From the human T2T-CHM13v2.0 reference genome, Homo sapiens, in NCBI RefSeq assembly GCF_009914755.1, contig NC_060925.1: a stretch of DNA of 64,000 nt. One strand, 5' to 3'. Made by a program: the position numbers and the translations under genes. How positions within the stretch are numbered: position 1 is the stretch's first letter; each line of letters begins with the position of its first letter. This document shows, piece after piece, positions 1 to 11,575 of this stretch. The notes beneath the pieces are model-generated. The model had not been told where the DNA came from. It saw nothing but the letters and a program-made list of their open reading frames with translations, and did no database searches.

Positions 1-2690
1 AATCATCATCAGATGGAAATGAATGGAATCGTCATAGAATGGAATCGAATGGATTCATTGAATGGAATCAGATGGAATCATCGAATGGACTGGAATGGAA
101 TCATTGAATGGACTCGAAAGGGATCATTATTGAATGGAATTGAATGGAATCATCGAATGGTCTCGATTGGAATCATTATCAAATGGAATCGAATGGAATC
201 ACCGAATAGAATCGAATGGAACAATCATCGAATGGACTCAAATGGAATTATCCTCCAATGGAATCGAATGGAATTATTGAATACAATCGAATGGAATTAT
301 CGAATGCAATCGAATAGAATCATCGAATGGACTCGAATGGAATCATCGAATGGAATGGAATGGAACAGTCAATGAACTCGAATGGAATCATCATTGAATG
401 GAATCGAATGGAATCATCGAGTGGAATCGAAAGGAATTATGACTAAATGGAATCGAATGTAATCATCATCAAATGGAATCAAAAATAACCATCATGAATT
501 GGTATTGAATGGAATTGTCATCAAATGGAATTCAAAGGAATCATCATCAAATGGAACCGAATGGAATCCTCATTGAATGGAAATGAAAGGGGTTATCATC
601 TAATGGAATCGCATGGAATCATCATCAAATGGAATCGAATGGAATCATCATCAAATGGAATCTAATGGAATCATTGAAAAGAATTGAATGGAATCGTCAT
701 CGAATGAATTGAATGCAATCATCGAATGGTCTCGAATGGAATCATCTTCTAATGGAAAGGAATGGAATCATCGCATAGAATCGAATGGAATTATCATCGA
801 ATGGAATCGAATGGTATCAACACCAAACGGAAAAAAACGGAATTATCGAATGGAATCGAAGAGAATCTTCGAACGGACCCGAATGGAATCATCTAATGGA
901 ATGGAATGGAATAATCCATGGACTCGAATGCAATCATCATCGAATGGAATCGAATGGAATCATCGAATGGACTCGAATGGAATAATCATTGAACGGAATC
1001 GAATGGAATCATCATCGGATGGAAACGAATGGAATCATCATCGAATGGAAATGAAAGGAGTCATCATCTAATGGAATTGCATGGAATCATCATCAAATGG
1101 AATCGAATGGAATCAACATCAAATGGAATCAAATGGAATCATTGAACGGAATTGAATGGAATCGTCATCGAATGAATTGACTGCAATCATCGAATGGTCT
1201 CGAATGGAATCATCTTCAAATGGAATGGAATGGAATCATCGCATAGAATCGAATGGAATTATCATCGAATGGAATCGAATGGAATCAACATCAAACGGAA
1301 AAAAACGGAATTATCGAATGGAATCGAAGAGAATCATCGAATGGACCCGAATGGAATCATCTAATGGAATGGAATGGAATAATCCATGGACTCGAATGCA
1401 ATCATCACCGAATGGAATCGAATGGAATCATCGAATGGACTCGAATGGAATAATCATTGAACGGAATCGAATGGAATCATCATCGGATGGAAATGAAAGG
1501 AGTCATCATCTAATGGAATTGCATGGAATCATCATAAAATGGAATCGAATGGAATCAACATCAAATGGAATCAAATGGAATCATTGAACGGAATTGAATG
1601 GAATCGTCATCGAATGAATTGAATGCAATCATCGAATGGTCTCGAATGGAATCATCTTCAAATGGAATGGAATGGAATGGAATCATCGCATAGAATCGAA
1701 TGGAATTATCATCGAATGGAATCGAATGGAATCAACATCAAACGGAAAAATACGGAATTATCGAATGGAATCGAAGAGAATCATCGAATGGACCCGAATG
1801 GAATCATCTAATGGAATGGAATGGAATAATCCATGGACTCGAATGCAATCATCATCGAATGGAATCGAATGGAATCATCGAATGGACTCGTATGGAATAA
1901 TCATTGAACGGAATCAAATGGAATCGTCATCGGATGGAAATGAATGGAATCATCATCGAATGGAATCGAATAGAATTATGGAATGAAATCCAGTGTGATC
2001 ATCATCGAATGGACCCGAATGGAATCATCATCCAACGGAAGCTAATGGAATCAACATCGAATGAATCGAATGGAAACGCCATCGAATTGAAACGAATGGA
2101 ATTACAATGAAATTGAAATGGATGGACTCATCATCGAATGGATTCCAATGGAATCATCGAATAAAATTGATTGAAATCATCATCGAATGGTATCGAATGG
2201 TATCATTGAATGGAATCGAATGGAATCATCATCAGATGGAAATGAATGGAATCGTCATAGAATGGAATCGAATGGATTCATTGAATGGAATCAGATGGAA
2301 TCATCGAATGGACTGGAATGGAATCATTGAATGGACTCGAAAGGGATCATGATTGAATGGAATTGAATGGAATCATCGAATGGTCTCGATTGGAATCATT
2401 ATCAAATGGAATCGAATGGAATCACTGAATAGAATCGAATGGAACAATCATCGAATGGACTCAAATGGAATTATCCTCAAATGGAATCGAATGGAATTAT
2501 CGAATGCAATCGAATGGAATTATCGAATGCAATCGAATAGAATCATCGAATGGACTCGAATGGAATCATCGAATGGAATGGAATGGAACAGTCAATGAAC
2601 TCGAATGGAATCATCATTGAATGGAATCGAATGGAATCATCGAGTGGAATCGAATGGAATTATGATCAAATGGAATCGAATGTAATCATC
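1..2690 (+). repeat. Copy 1 of an 8,885-bp-offset duplication; includes a 2,223-bp three-sub-repeat unit
   Basis: Shares private variants with 8886-11575: ttgaataca, gaaaaatacgg, ctcgtatgg, aaacgcc, attacaatg, gattccaat, atcactgaat, a 26-bp deletion and an extra GGAAT. ORF offsets 688/9573, 1156/10041 and 2107/10992 are all 8885. Confidence 0.9.
528..533. other. Conserved EcoRI site (GAATTC), one per canonical monomer; first occurrence
   Basis: 'aatggaattcaaagg' recurs once per canonical unit and would release the classic ~1.77-kb EcoRI fragment. Confidence 0.9.
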
Positions 2691-2742
2691 ATCAAATGGA
2701 ATCAAAAATAACCATCATCAAATGGAATCAAAAATAACAATC
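2691..2742 (+). repeat. Local 26-bp tandem duplication (1,802-bp unit)
   Basis: atcaaatggaatcaaaaataaccatc followed by atcaaatggaatcaaaaataacaatc; this stretch is single-copy in all other units. Confidence 0.9.
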
Positions 2743-5684
2743 ATCAATTGGTATTGAATGGAATTCTCATCAAATGGAATTCAAAGGAATCATCATCAAA
2801 TGGAACCGAATGGAATCCTCATTGAATGGAAATGAAAGGGGTCATCATCTAATGGAATCGCATGGAATCATCATCAAATGGAATCGAATGGAATCATCAT
2901 CAAATGGAATCTAATGGAATCATTGAAAAGAATTGAATGGAATCGTCATCGAATGAATTGAATGCAATCATCGAATGGTCTCGAATGGAATCATCTTCTA
3001 ATGGAAAGGAATGGAATCATCGCATAGAATCGAATGGAATTAACATTGAATGGAATCGAATGGAATCAACATCAAATGGAATCAAGCGGAATTATCGAAT
3101 GAAATCGAAGAGAATCATCGAATGGACTCGAATGGAATCATCTAATGGAATGGAATGGAATAATCCACGGACTCGAATGCAATCATCATCGTATAGAATC
3201 GAATGGAATCATCGAATGGACTCGAATGGAATAACCATTGAACGGAATCGAATGGAATCATCATCGGATGGAAACGAATGGAATCATCATCGAATGGAAA
3301 TGAAAGGAGTCATCATCTAATGGAATTGCATGGAATCATCATAAAATGGAATCGAATGGAATCATCATCAAATGGAATCAAATGGAAGCATTGAACGGAA
3401 TTGAATGGAATCGTCATCGAATGAATTGAATGCAATCATCGAATGGTCTCTAATGGAATCATCTTCAAATGGAATGGAATGGAATCATCGCATAGAATCG
3501 AATGGAATTATCATCGAATGGAATTGAATGGTATCAACATCAAACGGAAAAAAACGGAATTACCGAATGGAATCGAAGAGAATCTTTGAACGGACTCGAA
3601 TGGAATCATCTAATGGAATGGAATGGAATAATCCATGGACTCGAATGCAATCATCATCGAATGGAATCGAATGGAATCATTGAATGGACTCGAATGGAAT
3701 AATCATTGAACGGAATCGAATGGAATCATCATCGGATGGAAATGAATGGAATCCTCATCGAATGGAATCGAATAGAATTATGGAATGAAATCCAGTGTGA
3801 TCATCATCGAATGGACCCGAATGGAATCATCATCCAACGGAAGCTAATGGAATCAACATCGAATGAATCGAATGGAAACACCATCGAATTGAAACGAATG
3901 GAATTATCATGAAATTGAAATGGATGGACCCATCATCGAATGGATTCGAATGGAATCATCGAATAAAATTGATTGAAATCATCATCAAATGGAATCGAAT
4001 GGTGTCATTGAATGGGATCGAATGGAATCATCGTCAGATGGAAATGAATGGAATCGTCATAGAATGGAATCGAATGGATTCATTGAATGGAATCAGATGG
4101 AATCATCGAATGGACTGGAATGGAATCATTGAATGGACACGAATGGGATCATTATTGAATGGAATTGAATGGAATCATCGAATGGTCTCGATTGGAATCA
4201 TTATCAAATGGAATCGAATGGAATCACCGAATAGAATCGAATGGAACAATCATCGAATGGACTCAAATGGAATTATCCTCAAATGGAATCGAATGGAATT
4301 ATCGAATGCAATCGAATGGAATTATCGAATGCAATCGAATAGAATCATCGAATGGACTCGAATGGAATCATCGAATGGAATGGAATGGAACAGTCAATGA
4401 ACTCGAATGGAATCATCATTGAATGGAATCGAATGGAATCATCGAGTGGAATCGAATGGAATTATGATCAAATGGAATCGAATGTAATCCTCATCAAATG
4501 GAATCAAAAATAACCATCATCAATTGGTATTGAATGGAATTGTCATCAAATGGAATTCAAAGGAATCATCATCAAATGGAACCGAATGGAATCCTCATTG
4601 AATGGAAATGAAAGTGGTCATCATCTAATGGAATCGCATGGAATCATCATCAAATGGAATCGAGTGGAATCATCATCAAATGGAATCTAAGGGAATCATT
4701 GAACAGAATTGAATGGAATCCTCATCGAATGAATTGAATGCAATCATCGAATGGTCTCGAATGGAATCATCTTCAAATGGAAAGGAATGGAATCATCGCA
4801 TAGAATCGAATGGAATTATCATCGAATGGAATCCAATGGTATCAACATCAAACGGAAAAAAACGGAATTATGGAATGGAATCTAAGAGAATCTTCGAACG
4901 GACCCGAATGGAATCATCTAATGGAATGGAATGGAATAATCCATGGACTCGAATGCAATCATGATCAAATGGAATCGAATGGAATCATCGAATGGACTCG
5001 AATGGAATAATCATTGAACGGAATCGAATGGAATCATCATCGGATGGAAACGAATGGAATCATCATCGAATGGAAATGAAAGGAGTCATCATCTAATGGA
5101 ATTGCATGGAATCATCATAAAATGGAATCGAAGGGAATCAACATCAAATGGAATCAAATGGAATCATTGAACGGAATTGAATGGAATCGTCATCGAATGA
5201 ATTGACTGCAATCATCGAATGGTCTCGAATGGAATCATCTTCAAATGGAATGGAATGGAATCATCGCATAGAATCGAATGGAATTATCATCGAATGGATT
5301 CGAATGGAATCAACATCAAACGGAAAAAAACGGAATTATCGAATGGAATCGAAGGGAATCATCGAATGGACCCGAATGGAATCATCTAATGGAATGGAAT
5401 GGAATAATCCATGGACTCGAATGCAATCATCATCGAATGGAATCGAATGGAATCATCGAATGGACTCGAATGGAATAATCATTGAACGGAATCGAATGGA
5501 ATCATCATCGGATGGAAATGAATGGAATCATCATCGAATGGAATCGAATAGAATTATGGAATGAAATCCAGTGTGATCATCATCGAATGGACAAGAATGG
5601 AATCATCATCCAACGGAAGCTAATGGAATCAACATCGAATGAATCAAATGGAAACACCATCGAATTGAAACGAATGGGATTACC

Positions 5685-6992
5685 ATGAAATTGAAATGGA
5701 TGGACTCATCATCGAATGGATTCGAATGGAATCATCGAATAAAATTGATTGAAATCATCATCGAATGGAATCGAATGGTATCATTGAATGGAATCGAATG
5801 GAATCATCATCAGATGGAAATGAATGGAATCGTCATAGAATGGAATCGAATGGATTCATTGAATGGAATCAGATGGAATCATCGAATGGACTGGAATGGA
5901 ATCATTGAATGGACTCGAAAGGGATCATTATTGAATGGAATTGAATGGAATCATCGAATGGTCTCGATTGGAATCATTATCAAATGGAATCGAATGGAAT
6001 CACCGAATAGAATCGAATGGAACAATCATCGAATGGACTCAAATGGAATTATCCTCCAATGGAATCGAATGGAATTATCGAATGCAATCGAATGGAATTA
6101 TAGAATGCAATCGAATAGAATCATCGAATGGACTCGAATGGAATCATCGAATGGAGTGGAATGGAACAGTCAATGAACTCGAATGGAATCATCATTGAAT
6201 GGAATCGAATGGAATCATCGAGTGGAATCGAATGGAATTATGATCAAATGGAATCGAATGTAATCATCATCAAATGGAATCAAAAATAACCATCATCAAT
6301 TGGTATTGAATGGAATTCTCATCAAATGGAATTCAAAGGAATCATCATCAAATGGAACCGAATGGAATCCTCATTGAATGGAAATGAAAGGGGTCATCAT
6401 CTAATGGAATCGCATGGAATCATCATCAAATTGAATCGAATGGAATCATCATCAAATGGAATCTAATGGAATCATTGAACAGAATTGAATGGAATCGTCA
6501 TCGAATGAATTGAATGCAATCATCGAATGGTCTCGAATGGAATCATCTTCTAATGGAAAGGAATGGAATCATCGCATAGAAACGAATGGAATTATCATCG
6601 AATGGAATCGAATGGTATCAACACCAAACGGAAAAAAACGGAATTATCGAATGGAATCGAAGAGAATCTTCGAACGGACCCGAATGGAATCATCTAATGG
6701 AATGGAATGGAATAATCCATGGACTCGAATGCAATGATCATCGAATGGAATCCAATGGAATCATCGAATGGACTCGAATGGAATAATCATTGAACGGAAT
6801 CGAATGGAATCATCATCGGATGGAAACGAATGGAATCATCATCGAATGGAATCGAATAGAATTATGGAATGAAATCCAGTGTGATCATCATCGAATGGAC
6901 CCGAATGGAATCATCATCCAACGGAAGCTAATGGAATCAACATCGAATGAATCAAATGGAAACACCATCGAATTGAAACGAATGGAATTACC
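5685..6992 (+). repeat. 1,308-bp short monomer (one 468-bp sub-repeat lost)
   Basis: Anchor spacing 1308 = 1776 - 468. An A-type body runs directly into the B-type tail (gaatagaattatgg). Confidence 0.9.
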
Positions 6993-8885
6993 ATGAAATT
7001 GAAATGGATGGACTCATCATCAAATGGATTCGAATGGAATCATCGAATAAAATTGATTGAAATCATCATCGAATGGAATCGAATGGTATCATTGAATGGA
7101 ATCGAATGGAATCATCATCAGATGGAAATGAATGGAATCGTCATAGAATGGAATCGAATGGATTCATTGAATGGAATCAGATGGAATCATTGAATGGACT
7201 GGAATGGAATCATTGAATGGACTCGAAAGGGATCATTATTGAATGGAATTGAATGGAATCATCGAATGGTCTCGATTGGAATCATTATCAAATGGAATCG
7301 AATGGAATCACCGAATAGAATCGAATGGAACAATCATCGAATGGACTCAAATGGAATTATCCTCCAATGGAATCGAATGGAATTATCGAATGCAATCGAA
7401 TGGAATTATCGAATGCAATCGAATAGAATCATCGAATGGACTCGAATGGAATCATCGAATGGAATGGAATGGAACAGTCAATGAACTCGAATGGAATCAT
7501 CATTGAATGGAATCGAATGGAATCATCGAGTGGAATCGAAAGGAATTATGACCAAATGGAATCGAATGTAATCATCATCAAATGGAATCAAAAATAACCA
7601 TCATGAATTGGTATTGAATGGAATTGTCATCAAATGGAATTCAAAGGAATCATCATCAAATGGAACCGAATGGAATCCTCATTGAATGGAAATGAAAGGG
7701 GTTATCATCTAATGGAATCGCATGGAATCATCATCAAATGGAATCGAATGGAATCAACATCAAAAGGAATCAAATGGAATCATTGAACGGAATTGAATGG
7801 AATCATCATCGAATGAATTGAATGCAATCATCGAATGGTCTCGAATGAAATCATCTTCAAATGGAATGGAATGGAATCATCGCATAGAATCGAATGGAAT
7901 TATCATCGAATGGAATCGAATGGTATCAACATCAAACGGAAAAAAACGGAATTATCGAATGGAATCGAAGAGAATCCTCGAACGGACCCGAATGGAATCA
8001 TCTAATGGAATGGAATGGAATAATCCATGGAGTCGAATGCAATCATCATCGAATGGAATCGAATGGAATCATCGAATGGACTCGAATGGAATAATCATTG
8101 AACGGAATCGAATGGAATCATCTTCGGATGTAAAAGAATGGAATCATCATGGAATGGAAATGAGAGGAATCATCATCTAATGGAATTGCATGGAATCATC
8201 ATAAAATGGAATCGAATGGAATCAACATCAAATGGAATCAAATGTAATCATTGAACGGAATTGAATGGAATCGTCATCGAATGAATTGAATGAAATCATC
8301 GAATGGTCTCGAATGGAATCATCTTCAAATGGAATGGAATGGAATCATCGCATAGAATCGAATGGAATTATCATCGAATGGAATCGAATGGAATCAACAT
8401 CAAACGGAAAAAAACGGAATTATCGAATGGAATCGAAGAGAATCATCGAATGGACCCGAATGGAATCATCTAATGGAATGGAATGGAATAATCCGTGGAC
8501 TCGAATGCAATCATCATCGAATGGAATCGAATGGAATCATCGAATGGACTCGAATGGAATAAACATTGAACGGAATCGAATTGAATCATCATCGGATGGA
8601 AATGAATGGAATCATCATCGAATGGAATCGAATAGAATTATGGAATGAAATCCAGTGTGATCATCATCGAATGGACCCGAATGGAATCATCATCCATCGG
8701 AAGCAAATGGAAGCAACATCGAATGAATCGAATGGAAACACCATCGAATTGAAACGAATGGAATTATCATGAAATTGAAATGGATGGACTCATCATCGAA
8801 TGGATTCGAATGGAATCATCGAATAAAATTGATTGAAATCATCATCAAATGGAATCGAATGGTATCATTGAATGGAATCGAATGG

Positions 8886-11575
8886 AATCATCATCAGATG
8901 GAAATGAATGGAATCGTCATAGAATGGAATCGAATGGATTCATTGAATGGAATCAGATGGAATCATCGAATGGACTGGAATGGAATCATTGAATGGACTC
9001 GAAAGGGATCATTATTGAATGGAATTGAATGGAATCATCGAATGGTCTCGATTGGAATCATTATCAAATGGAATCGAATGGAATCACCGAATAGAATCGA
9101 ATGGAACAATCATCGAATGGACTCAAATGGAATTATCCTCCAATGGAATCGAATGGAATTATTGAATACAATCGAATGGAATTATCGAATGCAATCGAAT
9201 AGAATCATCGAATGGACTCGAATGGAATCATCGAATGGAATGGAATGGAACAGTCAATGAACTCGAATGGAATCATCATTGAATGGAATCGAATGGAATC
9301 ATCGAGTGGAATCGAAAGGAATTATGACCAAATGGAATCGAATGTAATCATCATCAAATGGAATCAAAAATAACCATCATGAATTGGTATTGAATGGAAT
9401 TGTCATCAAATGGAATTCAAAGGAATCATCATCAAATGGAACCGAATGGAATCCTCATTGAATGGAAATGAAAGGGGTTATCATCTAATGGAATCGCATG
9501 GAATCATCATCAAATGGAATCGAATGGAATCATCATCAAATGGAATCTAATGGAATCATTGAAAAGAATTGAATGGAATCGTCATCGAATGAATTGAATG
9601 CAATCATCGAATGGTCTCGAATGGAATCATCTTCTAATGGAAAGGAATGGAATCATCGCATAGAATCGAATGGAATTATCATCGAATGGAATCGAATGGT
9701 ATCAACACCAAACGGAAAAAAACGGAATTATCGAATGGAATCGAAGAGAATCTTCGAACGGACCCGAATGGAATCATCTAATGGAATGGAATGGAATAAT
9801 CCATGGACTCGAATGCAATCATCATCGAATGGAATCGAATGGAATCATCGAATGGACTCGAATGGAATAATCATTGAACGGAATCGAATGGAATCATCAT
9901 CGGATGGAAACGAATGGAATCATCATCGAATGGAAATGAAAGGAGTCATCATCTAATGGAATTGCATGGAATCATCATCAAATGGAATCGAATGGAATCA
10001 ACATCAAATGGAATCAAATGGAATCATTGAACGGAATTGAATGGAATCGTCATCGAATGAATTGACTGCAATCATCGAATGGTCTCGAATGGAATCATCT
10101 TCAAATGGAATGGAATGGAATCATCGCATAGAATCGAATGGAATTATCATCGAATGGAATCGAATGGAATCAACATCAAACGGAAAAAAACGGAATTATC
10201 GAATGGAATCGAAGAGAATCATCGAATGGACCCGAATGGAATCATCTAATGTAATGGAATGGAATAATCCATGGACTCGAATGCAATCATCACCGAATGG
10301 AATCGAATGGAATCATCGAATGGACTCGAATGGAATAATCATTGAACGGAATCGAATGGAATCATCATCGGATGGAAATGAAAGGAGTCATCATCTAATG
10401 GAATTGCATGGAATCATCATAAAATGGAATCGAATGGAATCAACATCAAATGGAATCAAATGGAATCATTGAACGGAATTGAATGGAATCGTCATCGAAT
10501 GAATTGAATGCAATCATCGAATGGTCTCGAATGGAATCATCTTCAAATGGAATGGAATGGAATGGAATCATCGCATAGAATCGAATGGAATTATCATCGA
10601 ATGGAATCGAATGGAATCAACATCAAACGGAAAAATACGGAATTATCGAATGGAATCGAAGAGAATCATCGAATGGACCCGAATGGAATCATCTAATGGA
10701 ATGGAATGGAATAATCCATGGACTCGAATGCAATCATCATCGAATGGAATCGAATGGAATCATCGAATGGACTCGTATGGAATAATCATTGAACGGAATC
10801 AAATGGAATCGTCATCGGATGGAAATGAATGGAATCATCATCGAATGGAATCGAATAGAATTATGGAATGAAATCCAGTGTGATCATCATCGAATGGACC
10901 CGAATGGAATCATCATCCAACGGAAGCTAATGGAATCAACATCGAATGAATCGAATGGAAACGCCATCGAATTGAAACGAATGGAATTACAATGAAATTG
11001 AAATGGATGGACTCATCATCGAATGGATTCCAATGGAATCATCGAATAAAATTGATTGAAATCATCATCGAATGGTATCGAATGGTATCATTGAATGGAA
11101 TCGAATGGAATCATCATCAGATGGAAATGAATGGAATCGTCATAGAATGGAATCGAATGGATTCATTGAATGGAATCAGATGGAATCATCGAATGGACTG
11201 GAATGGAATCATTGAATGGACTCGAAAGGGATCATGATTGAATGGAATTGAATGGAATCATCGAATGGTCTCGATTGGAATCATTATCAAATGGAATCGA
11301 ATGGAATCACTGAATAGAATCGAATGGAACAATCATCGAATGGACTCAAATGGAATTATCCTCAAATGGAATCGAATGGAATTATCGAATGCAATCGAAT
11401 GGAATTATCGAATGCAATCGAATAGAATCATCGAATGGACTCGAATGGAATCATCGAATGGAATGGAATGGAACAGTCAATGAACTCGAATGGAATCATC
11501 ATTGAATGGAATCGAATGGAATCATCGAGTGGAATCGAATGGAATTATGATCAAATGGAATCGAATGTAATCATC
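8886..11575 (+). repeat. Copy 2 of the 8,885-bp-offset duplication; contains most of the 2,223-bp unit (8769-10991)
   Basis: Same private variant set as 1-2690. Unit length 2223 = 1776 + 468 - 26 + 5. Confidence 0.9.

Noticed and set aside
858-876. Possible heat-shock element (gaagagaatcttcgaacgg) in A sub-repeats
   Set aside because: It has only two properly inverted nGAAn units, whereas a canonical HSE needs three. HSF1 stress-body binding is mainly associated with HSat3.
2161-2175. AATAAA ('gaataaaattg') once per monomer as a polyadenylation signal
   Set aside because: There is no downstream GU/U-rich element and the hexamer is expected by chance in A-rich DNA; it cannot be supported from sequence alone.
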